From contig CM052817.1 in NCBI GenBank assembly GCA_028534125.1, positions 104,658,001-104,722,000 on the forward strand: DNA of 64,000 nt, read 5' to 3'. The position numbers were made by a program, and so were the translations under genes. The notes beneath the pieces were generated by a model. It was not told where the DNA came from, did no database searches, and saw only the letters and a list, made by a program, of their open reading frames with translations. Below are positions 26,425 through 39,960 of the stretch, piece after piece. The stretch's first letter is position 1. Each line of letters opens with the position of its first letter. The stretch is from Lama glama. Lineage: Eukaryota.

Positions 26425-28135
26425 AAAATTTTTTTGAGATAACTGAGATTTACATGCAGCTTTAAGAAATAATATGGAGATGTCCTATGTAAACTTTATC
26501 CAATTTCCTGCTATTGTAGCATCTACCATTACTATAGTACAATATCACAACCAGAAAATTGGCATTGCTAGAATCCATTGACTTTACTTAGATTCCACCA
26601 GTTTCACATGCATTCATTTGCCTGTGTCTGTATGTATTTAGCTCTGTATAACTTTATCACACGTGTGATCACCACCACAGTCAAAATACGGAACACTTCC
26701 ATCACCTGATACCTTGCGTAGCTCTGATAACTTCATTCATTTCTCCCCACTCTCTTTTACCGCATCCCAAGCCCCTGACAGCCACTAATCTGTTCCCACA
26801 TTTCTTTAATCTTTTTTTTAAGTTCAAGAACATTACATGAATAGAAGCATAAGGTGTGTAACCATTTGGGACTGGTTTTTATTTGCTCAGTATAATTTCT
26901 CAGGGATTCATCCAGGAAGTTTTGTATATCATTGCTTCATTACTTTTGATCATAGAGCAGTATTTTCTGATATAAGCTATCACAATTTTGTTTGACTATT
27001 GATCTGTTTTAGGATATGAGTTTTTTTTTCCAGTTTGGGGTTATTATAAATAAAGCTAGTACGAACATTTGCATATAGGTTTTTCCTGTGAACATTAATT
27101 TCCCTTTCTGTGGAGTGAACACCCGAGTGCCATTGGTCAGTCATATGGTAATCACATGTTTAGTTGTATAAGAAACCACCAACTGTTTTTTGGGTTGGCA
27201 GTACCATAGTATAGTCATATCAGCATTGCATAAGTGATTCTGTTTCTTTACATCCTCATCAGCATTTGGTGTTGTCATTATTTTTCTTTTAGCCATCCTG
27301 ATACGAGCGAAATGACTAGATAATCATCATTTTAATTTGTTTTTCCCTAGTGGCTGATGAAGTTGAACATCTTTTCACATGCCTGTTTGCCATCTGTGTA
27401 TCCTCTTTGGTGAAATATCTGTTCATGTCTTTTGCTCATTTTCTAATTGGATTTTGGGGAGTCATTTTAAAAGTTGATTTTTGAAAGTTCTTTATATATT
27501 TTATACTCTGGATATTAGTCCTTTGTCAGATATGTGGTATGTAAATGTTTTTCCCAGTCTGTAATTTAGCTTTATCATCCTTTCAAAAAGATCTTTTGCA
27601 GAGTAAAAACTTTCAATATTGATGAGGTCCAATGTATCAGTTTTCCCCTTTTAAGGGTAGTTCTTTTGATGTCAAGTCTAAGGATTCTTTGCCTAAACAT
27701 TAAAGATTTTGTTCTATTTTTTTCCTAAAAGATTTGTAGTTCTATGTTTTAGATTTATGTCTGTGATCTATTTCAAGTTAGTTTTTGTATAAAGTGTGAG
27801 GGTTTGGTCAATATCATATTTTTTTCTGCTTATGAATGTGTAATTATTCCAGAACAGTAATTTTTTTAAACTGTTCTTCTTCCACTGAATTGCTTTTGCA
27901 TATTTTTCACATGAGCATATTCATGTGGGCCCATTTCTGAGTTCTCTATTCTGTTCCATTTTTGTGGGTGACAGTCCCTTCACCAGAACCACACTGTCTT
28001 GGTTACTGTAGCCATCAGTAAGCCCTAGGCTAAGCCAGACAGAATCCTCCCACTGCATTCTTCTTTTTCAAGATTGAGTTAGCCATATCAGTCCTGTGCC
28101 ATTCAATATAAAATTTAGAATAAGCATCTCTATGT
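26425..28135 (-). mobile_element. Old L1 (about 1.7 kb, ORF2 3' part and 3'UTR)
   Basis: ttgaacatcttttcacatgcctgtttgccatctgtgtatcctctttggtgaaat; ttctctattctgttccatt; aaatttagaataagc. Confidence 0.92.
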
Positions 28136-30675
28136 TATTATAGGTTTTTACATGCTGAAAATGTTTATTTAAAACCATTAGTTAAGCATAAAATCCTCCC
28201 TTTCTTCTTTTCAGTAGTTATTACTATTAAATAGAAGATAACATTGCAACTAAATGATCATCTGTATTAAAAACAAAATTTGTACTATTATTATTATAGT
28301 TCTGCCTTTATGAACATATGAAATTTTGGTAGCATCTTATATACATTTCCACTCGCCTGTGAGCAATTGGATACATGAAAGGCTAATTGAGGAATTTTGT
28401 TTGGGACATGTGCGCGCGTCATACTCTGAAAAGCACAGCAAAACTCAATAGAAGAACTTGCTTATTTGAAAGTGTCGCGTTTCTCTTTGAGTGGCCTCGT
28501 GAAAGAAATGGTGTCATCGGCACTAGCCTGGCTGTCCTTGACCTTGGGCAAAGATTAAGCTCTCCATCTATAGCTCAGATAAGGTACCTTTGGGTTTTCT
28601 GTTTTACCATTGTCACAATACTGGGTCCTCCAGCCTGGAGAGCGAACGCGACTACTCATTTTTCATTTTAAATCACATCCCAAGGCTCTCTCTTCTGAAC
28701 AGTTTCTTTCCCTTGATGTTTTTAATCCTCTTGGAGAATAAATTATGATTAGAGGCTGTAGTGGATAATTTTGGAGGCTTCCTCTCAGCCCATGAGGATA
28801 CTTTCTTAAAAGCTGTCACTTTCCATTCCCAGCCCCAAGCCTGGCCACAGGTGGATGGACCAGAGATGGATGTGTGAATTCATCTCTTTCTAATCTGTTG
28901 TCTCTCGCGCAAGTTTGGAGTCCGGATTAGGATATGTCAGTCATCCTGAGGGCACAGCCGCCTGGCATCATGGCTGTCCCTGGGTCAGCTTTAGCCAACA
29001 TTCCCAGCATCCACTTGGACCAATTTTCTGGGAGACCAAAGATAAAGGATGCTGAGCTTGTATTTTGCCACTGGAAAAATGCATCAGAGCATAGGCTGAG
29101 TTGGGGGTATGGCTTAGAAGTATTCATTTGCCTCTAGAGTAGAGGGAAAAAAAGAGAAGCTTTCTTTGAACATGTGACTGTGGAAAAGGAGAATTTATTT
29201 CTGGCAAAAATACCCTAAGAAAATATTTCTAAATTAAGAACTGTGGGTGGTTTTCTATGGGCAAAGTGTACCACGTCTTGGGATTTTTCTTTTTTCCTTT
29301 CTATTTTCTTTTTCTTAATGATGTTTTCTCCAAAGGATGTAGCTAATTGTGCACTTTATAGGGAGCTATATTAGATCAAAATATGTTTCTAAGCATATGT
29401 GCATATGCATTTATAAACATAATGTCCTCTTATGTTTTTACCCTCCCAGTCCACTATATTGTGCCTTGTCACTTTTATCTTTCATGTTATTTTTAGGAAC
29501 GCTTCGTAAGAATGAACGTACCAGTTGTATACCATCTACGGTCGGGGGAAAGAAAATCGCGTCGGAGGCTGCCTTGTTGCACTTTAATATACCTAATATC
29601 CAACACTGTGCTTATTTCAAGAACATGCTACTCAAAGACATAAACAAAGCTTTAAAAAAAGAAGTGTTCCCTCTTCAGAGGAAAGGGTATAAATATCTAG
29701 AAAATTAAAAGAAAGAATTAGGTCATTTTTTTTAATAGTCCAGAAGCTGAATTGAGCACCATGTGGTGGGGGTGACACTGCTCCTTAATCATCTCTGAGT
29801 AACTCTTGAGTCTTTCCTTTAACTCAAGATGCACAAATGGGAAATTTTTTTTTTTTTTTTTTGGAATGGGGGTAAGGGCCAGGGTTCTCTTTCTCTGGTT
29901 TTTATCATAAACTTCTGCTTTGACATCATTTATTTTTCATTGTTTATTTTTCTCCCCCTTTATTTTTTAATCTTTCCATTTTCTGAAATTTCCCTTCCAT
30001 CCCTTGGATACTGCTGGGTCCACCCACATCCTTTCCTCTGCATGGGGAGCTGAGTCTCCAAGCTAATTTGCTCTGCCTCAGAAAGCATTATAGCAAAGCA
30101 TCCCCCTGCCCCAAGATAGCACCCTCAGTTTTTCACAATTAAGTCTTATTACTTGCATTTATTTTGGTTCCCAGCTCTTATAATCTCCCTGTCTTGTCCT
30201 TTGCACAATCAGTTTACTAAGACTAAGATTGCATCTGTATTATAAGGAAAAATTGAAACCATTAACCGGTTGGTTGATTATTGTAAAGCATGCCAAACAG
30301 TTAAACTTCCCCCAAACTGCATATGCATTTTTTTTAAAATATTGAATGTGCTTTTATTTTCCTTAATGTGGAAAAGATCTCCATTTCCCTAGAAGGAAAA
30401 CCTACGGGTTCACCTCGTGTTAAACTCGTTTTGAAAGAAGCACGATTTCTACTTGGGTCATACGCTGACTCTGGGTTCACTTGATACAGACATAAAAAGA
30501 AATGTGAGACCGTTCTTCACCGTCTTGAGTAAACTTATGTTGGAAGAATGACAAAACTACTGCTCATCTAAGATCATAGACAATGCTTATTGAGAGCTTT
30601 GTGTATGCTGGGGTCTCTTTTAAAATCATACCCTGTAATATCCCATCTAGTTTTTACAAAAATCCCGTGTGGTAT

Positions 30676-31345
30676 TGTTAGAGCAGGCAGATAGCTAGAT
30701 ACAAGCAGAGAAAAGGGGACACAGACCAAATGGCAGGAATTGGGCAGAAAGGAGGGGCACAGGCCAAATGCAGGAAACCCTACATCATGTAAGCACCAGG
30801 GGGTCCCTGGGCAGAGAAAGAAAAGCAGGAATCTTTGGGCTGATAAGTGGTCACAACTTTTGGGGTGATAAGTGGCCTGGAGACCTACAAAGAAAGGTGA
30901 GAACAGGCAGGAACCTCCAGTGTCCAAATGTAGCCTTTTGCTCATTATACCCTCATTTCAATAAAATTAGCCTTGCAGATCAGAAGTACCCAGCATGCAC
31001 TGACACCATAACACTTTCCATCCAGACTAAATAAGGACAAATCCCTCCTCCCTTTGGGAAGGTGGAGTTTGGATGAAAATCAGGGAATACGACCCCAAAC
31101 TCTTCCCTCCCCAATGAATATTCTGCCCATTCATTTTTACACCCTATATAACTAACTTGCCAAAGAAACTCAGGGCAGCCGCTCACCTGAGCCTGCCTGC
31201 TCTCCTCTTGAGAGTGCCCTATCCATCCTTTAATAAATTTTCACTTAACTTTTTTAACCACTATGTTTTATCTCTGAATTCTTTCTGGGACGGGACAGGA
31301 ACCTGGAACACCGGTTGCAGCCACCGGCAACATCCACTGGCAACA
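30676..31345 (+). mobile_element. Solo LTR (ERV1-like) inserted in a MIR
   Basis: TGTTAGAGCAGG...GGCAACA termini, cctatataa near 31143, AATAAA near 31232; MIR halves on both sides (about 30575-30675 and 31365-31500). Confidence 0.9.
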
Positions 31346-31959
31346 TCTTGTCATCCCCGAGTTATGGTCCTCATTTTATACAGGAGACTGACGAAACACA
31401 CAGAGCCTAAGTGAATTACTCAAGATCAAGATCACACAGCTCAGGAGAACTAAGAGTAGCACACACAGTTCATTCCAGAGAATGTTCCCTGAACCTCAGT
31501 CCCATACTGCCTTTAAACCATATGAGGAAGGCAAAGAATAATTGCAAAGCTTTTTTAAGAAAACGTTATGTTTCCATGTGGCTATTGGAGGATTCATTCT
31601 CAGCCATTGCCTTTGCATTTTTTTACTCCTGAAACTGACTGCTTTATTATAATCCCATTTATTTGGTCCTTACTTACATGTAACTTACTTACATTACACA
31701 TTATAAAAGCATCATACGGTATTTCATACACAATTGAGCAAGGAGTAAAGAAAGGCTATATTTTGATAAGAGATGATAAAATGCAGTGTGTAAAACCATG
31801 CACGTGAAATGCAGCGAGATCAGTCATACAGTCTCTCTCTCCATCGTGGACTTCTTTAGACCCCCTTTGTAAGGGTCTCATCAACACATCCACAGGAGCC
31901 TTTCACAAACGTTGCAAATCTGCCTTCCATGACTGCCACCATCTGCCTCCACCTTGAAC

Positions 31960-32690
31960 ACAAGCCCAAATCTGCTTTTTCTTTTGGCTTTCCTTGTCTC
32001 AGTGAGTGGATACACCAATTACCAGAAAAAGTGAGAATCATCTCAATTTCCTTCCTCTTTTCCCCTAAACATTACTTCCCAAAGACACTCTGCTCTCTTT
32101 TGACCTCAGTGCCAAAGCCTTACTTGAAACCCTGTCATGTCTTCTCTGGTGGTATCTTAGTTGTCATTTCCAGGGCCTTCCAATCAGCCACCAGGTGAAG
32201 TTCCTAACACTCAAATCCTCTCACGCTGTTCCCTCCCTTCATGTCCAAGCAGCTTCTCATACCTTCACGGTTAAGTTCAAACCCTTGCTCCCCTTCTGGG
32301 CTCATCGTCCCCAGATGTCCATACATTACAGCTTCTGCTTCAATTACACCAAAGCCCACTGTCTCCCACCAGACCAAACATTCTGTGAGTTGGCTACAAT
32401 CCTGTTGTTCCCAAGCCCTACTTCATTTCCTGGTGTCTTCTAGTCTTTCCCCTGGAACAGATCAATCACTACCTCCTTTAAGCAAAGTTTTCTCATCAAA
32501 ACTTCACATCCCCCAACTAAATTAAGTATTCTTCCCTCGGGCTGCTACTTTATTGATGCACTTCTGTTTTCTTTGTTTATATGTGGTGGAATTTAATCAC
32601 ACTGTCTCTAATCATTTGCATCCTGGCAACTTGAGCCATGCCAGACACATTGCAAGTGCTCAATACATGTTTGCTGAGTTGAACTGAAAT
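31960..32690 (+). mobile_element. L2 3' region
   Basis: Pyrimidine-rich decayed body ending gccagacacattgcaagtgctcaatacatgtttgctgagttgaa. Confidence 0.7.
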
Positions 32691-33000
32691 TTTACTACAT
32701 GCCCTAAAATTGTGATTAACCATAAACAGAAATATCGTTGGTGGCCCTGAACCATAAGAGCAAAAGTGAAATGACAGAAGATTAAATGTAGCAGAAAATA
32801 ACATTCAGGGTGTGTTATGGCACTTTGCACATTAAATCCAATTGTCTCCATATTCTTTTTATACATCTGTGCTAATTTATAATACAAGCGATGCTCAATG
32901 ATGTCTCATTATGGTACCTCAAGACTTTGTACCACCAAGATGTAATTATTGTAATATACTTTATCTTCTATCACATACACAAAATATATATGTGTGTGAT

Positions 33001-33038
33001 TAGATAGATAGGTAGATAGATAGATAGGCAGATAGGTA
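33001..33038 (+). repeat. (GATA)n microsatellite, imperfect
   Basis: tagatagataggtagatagatagataggcagatagg. Confidence 0.85.
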
Positions 33039-35681
33039 AATGCAACCCAGATCACATCAACCTGGAAGTAAAAATAGAATCACAGTTACTATAAACCCAT
33101 TTTCCCCTCTTCTCTAAACTGCTCTGCAGAAACTCTAGACTCTTCACAAATTCTTCCTGAATAGTTCTGGGAGACCTCAGGCAGGTTCCCAAGTGTGCTG
33201 GATAAACCAGTGCTCTTGACCACCCGAGCTGCCTGCCAGGCTTCTCCCCTCCTGCTCCAGCTGGCCCTGGCTGCGCCTCTGTCTCCGCTGATGCCTTCTG
33301 TGTCCTAGGGGTTTTTGTGTTGAGCAAGATGATGTCTGTGCCCAGAGTGCTAATGTCCAGCCCTCTCCCCTCCAAAGAGATTGCTCTTAAACCCGGCCTA
33401 GATTACCCAATGGACAGGATAAGCACATGCTTAGAGCACTAACAAAATATAGGCATCAGGAAAACTTCTGTAAATCATTTATTTGCTTTTCAAAAAAAAA
33501 TCATTAATTTAGTTTTATTTAACATTTATTTAACAGTTTGGAATTATTGTTATTTCCTGTCTCTGTGGTAGAATTGTCATAATCTTTTGCATCTCAAGGC
33601 TCCTAGGAGTCTTCAGGCAGCCCTTGTTAACACTGAAGTCCACTGATGTCCAGGTAGCAGCTGCAATTGCCCGGGTAAAGGGTACCGATGTCTGTGCTGG
33701 TGGCCCCATCTCATATTTGAAACTCAAACGTGTGTGCTTGACATTTCTCAGATTTTTTTTTTTTTTACTTTTTGTTCTATTTTTCCTTGATGTAGGACTC
33801 AGGTGGACACCCAACTAAAGGGCATTCTGAGAACTTGCCTCTCCTTAGTGAGGAACATTGGTGCTTTCTAACTAGAATCTGAACAGACTCCCAACCCCAT
33901 CCTTCCCACCTCTGCTCCAGGCAGGATTAATGTGAAGGTCATGGGAGCTAGATTCTGTACAGAAGTGCTAATTCACTAATAAATGTCTACATATTTTTTC
34001 AGTGACAGTTTTTGAAATCAAAATAATGTTTTATTTTATCAAATTCTAGTTAACAGAGGTATTTGCTACCCAGGCAACCTGATGAACAGAGGTGTTATTG
34101 TATCATTTTGATCTTAGAACTTTAAAATAAACATTGGAGGACTTCAAAAGAAATGAGAAGCATGAACCCTTCCAAAAAATAAGCACAACTTGTGTTAAAA
34201 AAAGATTCAGGGAGACAATCTAGGTGACACAAACTTTACTTGACACTCCGTAAGGGAGACAGTCTCCATCCCCAGGCATCCAGAGCACAGCAGCGGCAGG
34301 CGACAGGAGCTTTTATAGGATGAAGAATAAGAAACAAGGAAGTAAGCATAGCGCCTAAGCTGGCTTGGGTCTGGGGGCTGGCAGACAGGATGCACTGCAT
34401 TTCCCACCAAATAGGGCAGCTACAGGGACGTGAAAACCATCCAAGTTCAGGTTGCTGATGCAGCACCCAGGGCAGGAGTGGCTGCATGTGGGGTCTGGAA
34501 ATTTATTTCACCACTTGCCACATTTTGCCCTTGTCTGAACTGTCCCTCAAGAGTCAACGGTTGAGCAAGAGCTGCAGAAGTCCATGGAGGAACACACAGC
34601 CCTAGTTGTTCCACGTGCCGTAGTCAGGTGGCCTCACCCGTGGATCGGACAAGGACTGAGCAAGGATGAGGGGATTTCCAGCGAATCCGTATCTCAGAAC
34701 ATCCCTGGGTTTCACTGAGTCTGAAGGGAAATTTTCAAAAACTAACGAAAATGATTTTTCTCATTTAAAAATTGAAAGAAGTGGCAATAACAGGGACCAT
34801 GAGAGGCAGATGCGCTTTGATTCTCTTTCCAGGCCGTCTGTTCTCTTTGTGCCTTGTATTATAGAGCCTGTTGGGATCATTGAGCAAGAGAGCTGAGAAT
34901 AAGCAAAATACACTCGGCTTCACTGAACCCTAATTTGCTAAAAGGCATAGTCTTGTTGTTTGAGGAGTTATCTTTAAGTATGAAACTGAAATAAATACAG
35001 AAAATTCAAGTGATTTTGTAACAGATCCTGTATGAGTGTCAGTAACCGCTAAGCTGCTGTGGCAGAAACAGGAAAAATACAATGGAGTAAAAGAAAAGAT
35101 AATTTGTTTCTGGAGCATGGAACCAGCAGAGGTGGGCTGTTCAGAGCCAGCGGGGGTGGGGGTGGGGTTGGGGGTGGGGATTCGGCACCTGCATATTTTG
35201 CTTGGTTCCTGTTTGATGTCTGCTGGACCAGGGGTGGGTGGGGATGGGGAGTGGCCAGATCTGATGGAGAAGACAGAATATCACCCAGAAATCCTAACTT
35301 TGTGCTGCATGAAGAAACAGGGTGAGATTTTGAGTTGTCTTTTTCGGGGAGAGTGAGAGTTGCATCAGTAGAAAGATGAGTGTGTGTGGAATTTGGGGGA
35401 GAGGGGATGTACAGAGGATCAGACTGAGGCCAGTCTCCCAGTAGCCTTCTGTCCTTCTTATGTGTAGTAATAGGGTCCCCCAACCTTGCCTGGGTACACA
35501 TATCCCTTCACAGCTGCAAACGACACACTCTCCTCCTGGGTTCTGTTATGTGAAGCCATTTGACTATGTTCAAGCGATGAGATGGGGAAGAATCTGAGCC
35601 TTGCCCTTTCTGGGTCATCTCTTCACAGATGCTCGCTCTACCTGCTTCCCTCTCTGTAGCTTAAAAAATGGGGACAGTTGA

Positions 35682-37673
35682 GGTGGGATCAAGGTGGCAG
35701 AGTAGGAGGATGCTGACCTCCCCTCCCCTCACAAACACATCCAATGACAACTACCTATGGAATAAGTCTCTCTGAAATCGGCCTAGGGGCTAGCAGGACA
35801 GCTCTTCTAAAACCAAGTCTGTAAAGAAAGATCCACACAGAGTCTAGTAAAAGAGGAAGATCAGTGATTTTGTCAGGACCCACACCTCTGGCACGGGACA
35901 GAGAGGAGGGGGATAGTGTAGTCTCTGGGATGTGGGGAGTGAGGGGTTCAAGCCACATCATGGCACCCCAGCCCTTGGTTCCAAAGCCAGGAAGATGAGC
36001 TTCTTTAGCTGGTGTGAAAAAAACAGTAGGGTTTACCAGAAAGCTATAGGAAACAGACTCCACTTGTGAAGACTGTGTACACACACTTGCTCACTCCCAA
36101 TAACAGTGCTGACAAAACAGACTGAAAACTGCCTGGTGCTCTGGCTGGCTTGCCAGGACCATCCCAGCACACACACCCCAGCCCACAGTGGGCTCCTGCT
36201 CCAGCCCCTCTTGCTCTAGTGCTGCTCCCCACTAAGGCAGATGCTGCTGTTGCCAACAAGAGTGTGCACACTTGGAGGAAACAGAGCCAGCTCAGACCCC
36301 AGCCCTGCCTCTAACCAGGGTGGAGGCAACCATTGCCAGTGCATGCACATACTTGTGAGGGAGTGAAACTAGTTTACTAACATGGCTTCAACTCCCCTAG
36401 CCCCAACCAAGCCTCTAACCAAGGCATGGACACAAAGGAAAAAGTAAAAACAGCACTGAAATGCAGCTCCAAGCCCTCAGACCCTGGTCAAATGCCTAAC
36501 CAAGGCAGAGGCTGACTTCACATCTTTAGGAAACCCAGCTCCCCCCAGGGCATCTGCTCCAGCCCCTTGTGCCCTGCCCCACCCCTAAAAGGGCAGTAAC
36601 TGCCACTGAGTACAAGAGAAGTCCTGGCTCACGCTTGGCTCTGGCTCTCACCCCTCCATCTCCAGCACCACCCCCCACCAAGTTGGTGGCTGCCAGCACA
36701 CCCCAGCACAGCCCATCCTGACTTCAGATCCGCCTCTCCCACCTAAGCACTCACAGACTGCATAGGGACACTTCAAAGCAGGACATGCCTTTTAAGACTA
36801 AGGTAAGTAACTGGTTCACCTAAATTTATAGAGACAGAGAAATATACAACATGAGAAGACAGAGGAGTATGTTTGGAACAAACAAACAAACAAAAACAAG
36901 AAAACAAATCCTGGGAAAAACCTTAATGAAACAAAGATAAATAATTGACCTGGTAAAGAGTTCAAAGTATTAGTAATAAGAATGCTAATTAAACTTGGGA
37001 AAAGAATAAATGAACATAGGAAGAATTTAAACAGAGAACTAGAGTATACAAAAAGGAATCAGTCAGATCTGAAGAATACAGTAACTGAAGTGAAAAATCC
37101 ACTAGAAGGAATTAATAGTAGATTAGTTGATACAGAAAGGACACACAAGCGATCTGGAAGATAGAATAATGGAAATCACCCAATCAGAACAGCAAAACAA
37201 AACAAAACAAAACAAAACAAAAAAACAAATTGTAAAAAATGAGGATAGTTTAAGGAAACTCTGTGATGACATCAAACATACTAACATTCACATTTTAGTG
37301 GTCCCAGAAGAAGAAGAGAAAGAGAAAGGATAGAAATCGTATTTGGTGAAATTATGGCTGAAAACTACCCAAACCAAAGAAGGAAACAGATTTCCAGGTA
37401 AAGGAAGCACAGAGGGTTCCAACAAGATGAACCCAAACAGACCCAAATCATAATTAAAATAAAAGTTAAAGCTAGGGAAAGAATTTTAAAGACAGTAAGA
37501 GAAAAGCAAACAGTCATATACAAATGAACCCCCATAAGGCTATCAGCTAATTTTTTTTGCAGATATTTTGCGGGTCAGATGGGAGTGTCATCATATATTT
37601 AATATGCTGAAAGGAAAAAATCTATAACCTGGCACAGGGTGTAGTCTGCCCAGCAAGGTTATCATTCAGAATT
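35682..37673 (+). mobile_element. 5' end of an L1: GC-rich 5'UTR and disrupted ORF1, truncated by the gap
   Basis: Begins ggtgggatcaaggtggcagagtaggagga (decayed AAGATGGCGG start) after a TT|AAAAAA site at 35661-35668. ORF1 ATG at 36851; peptides LKNTVTEVKNPLEGINSRL and SDLEDRIMEITQSEQ...NEDSLRKLCDDIKHTNIHILVVPEEEEKEKG. Confidence 0.93.
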
Positions 37674-38173
37674 NNNNNNNNNNNNNNNNNNNNNNNNNNN
37701 NNNNNNNNNNNNNNNNNNNNNNNNNNNNNNNNNNNNNNNNNNNNNNNNNNNNNNNNNNNNNNNNNNNNNNNNNNNNNNNNNNNNNNNNNNNNNNNNNNNN
37801 NNNNNNNNNNNNNNNNNNNNNNNNNNNNNNNNNNNNNNNNNNNNNNNNNNNNNNNNNNNNNNNNNNNNNNNNNNNNNNNNNNNNNNNNNNNNNNNNNNNN
37901 NNNNNNNNNNNNNNNNNNNNNNNNNNNNNNNNNNNNNNNNNNNNNNNNNNNNNNNNNNNNNNNNNNNNNNNNNNNNNNNNNNNNNNNNNNNNNNNNNNNN
38001 NNNNNNNNNNNNNNNNNNNNNNNNNNNNNNNNNNNNNNNNNNNNNNNNNNNNNNNNNNNNNNNNNNNNNNNNNNNNNNNNNNNNNNNNNNNNNNNNNNNN
38101 NNNNNNNNNNNNNNNNNNNNNNNNNNNNNNNNNNNNNNNNNNNNNNNNNNNNNNNNNNNNNNNNNNNNNNNNN
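37674..38173. other. Assembly gap (500 N)
   Basis: Run of N. Confidence 1.
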
Positions 38174-38681
38174 ACTGTTTTCTTCTTTTTGTGTATTTTT
38201 ACAGCCTGGACAAGGGAGATCCACAGAGGGTAACTGCTCCTGGCTCAGATGGAAGGGAAGGAAGGAAAAGGACAGACTGGGGCAAAACCAGGAGAGAAAA
38301 GGGAAGTAGAACCCTGGGGTATGAGTACCACACATCACCCACCATCCTGAGCTCCAACTCCTGTGACAGGAGCTAAGCTCCTCATGACTCAGAGCGGCAC
38401 ATACACAACCAGCCAAACCGTGGTGGACGGTTTCAGCCCTGTTTTCCCCACTAAGAAGCTGAGAGAAACACTAAGCATGTTCCTTGCCTTCGGATATTAT
38501 TTCAAACAGTAGTGAAATGAGCTGCTGCTCTCATCATTTTTTATTTACTTAAAAGCTCTTCACCAAAGGCCAACCGGTGCCAAGTATGGAGCCTGAGCCT
38601 ATTTTTTTGGGGAGACAAGGTGGGCACCAAGACATGGCTGTGACTGGAGACACTACTTAGCATCTTGTGAGGAAGCTGGGC

Positions 38682-39125
38682 AGTAATAATAGTAGTAATG
38701 ATAATAATAGCCATAATGATAATAGTAATATTAATGGTGTTGATAATAGTAATAATAATAGCAATAATGATCATAGTAGTAATAATAATAGTACTAATAA
38801 TAACCACAATGATGATAGTAATACTAGTAATGGTAGTAACAATAACGGCCACAATGGTAATAGTAACAATAACAGTAATGCTGATGGTAATACGAATAGT
38901 AGCAATAATGATGATAATAATAGTAGTAGTAATACAGCAATGAGTACAATAGTAATACTACTACTAATGGTAATAATAGCAATAATGATAATGGCAATAA
39001 GACTAGTAGTAGTAACAATGATAATAGTAATAATAATCACAATACTAGGGATAGGAATGATGGTAGTAATATTAATAGCAGCAATGATAATAGTAATATT
39101 AACGATCGTAGTAATAATGATCACG
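38682..39125 (+). repeat. Cryptic trinucleotide low-complexity tract (AAT/AGT/GAT/AAC)
   Basis: About 440 bp of mixed triplets such as agtaataatagtagtaatgataataatagc. Confidence 0.95.
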
Positions 39126-39960
39126 GCAACAGAAGGCAGTGACCCGCGGGGGAGGAGAAGAGCTGCTTGTGACAGACTGGGGAAGCGCCTGACTGGTTTG
39201 CGTCTCTGTGTGGGGGGGTGACTGGGCAGGTGACGCGGCGTTTTCTCACGGTGGCCCTTCTGAACTGGTCAGAGTCACGAAGGCTGGGAAGGCCAGGGAG
39301 CAGGGGTGATGCTTTCAATCCCCTCTCAGAAGCTCATCAGATGTTGAGTCTTTTGATGAATAAACTTAAGGTCATGCTATGTTTCCAGAGTCTACCCGGA
39401 CCGAGAGACAGGAGTCTCAGACTGGAAGAGAAGTACGGCAAAGCCCGATCATTTGAATGTGGCGAAGAAGAATTTTGCCTAGAGGCACAAAAGCCGGGGG
39501 ACATAAGCGGAGCAGCAAGCTTCATTCACGAAGACAAATGAGGTTGGGCAGCTGGCCCCAGCCACGGTAAAATGGGAGAAGCAGGCAAAATCTGGCCTGG
39601 AAGCCCTGCAGCTTGCTGCCAGCTCCTTTTCCCCCTTGCGTGGCAACCGAGGTGCCCTCCAGACCCCTCGTGGCTCACCGCCCTCTCATCCCGAGGACAG
39701 CTGGTTGCCCAGAAATCCCCCTGCGAAGTCTAAGCTGCAGCGTGACACGCCCCCTCCCCGCTTACCTCCTTCACGTTTCCAAGGAGCGTCTGAAAAGTGA
39801 TGTCACAATGTCACTGGGCGTGGGGACGCGCACCTGACGGTGGGGTTGCAGGCGCGTGGTGGAGGGCCTGGAGGACACCGACTTTCCCGGCTGTCGGTGT
39901 CCAGCACTCGGAGAACCGGTGACTCTGGCCAGTAGCGCGCCTGCCACCTGCTCTCGGAGA
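39123..39960. promoter_or_regulatory. CpG-rich, island-like segment; candidate promoter or enhancer
   Basis: About 44 CpG counted by hand in 840 bp (about 25 in 39601-39960). SP/KLF-like ACACGCCCCC near 39745 and GGGCGTGGGG near 39816. Confidence 0.55.

Noticed and set aside
31346..31365. Possible primer-binding-site remnant after the LTR
   Set aside because: The match to a TGG-starting tRNA complement is too poor, and no internal ERV sequence follows.
37622..38416. 264-aa ORF
   Set aside because: Spans the N gap.
38541..39221. Asn-, Ile- and Leu-rich ORFs resembling prion-like or membrane proteins
   Set aside because: Explained by triplet low complexity; no domain or splice support.
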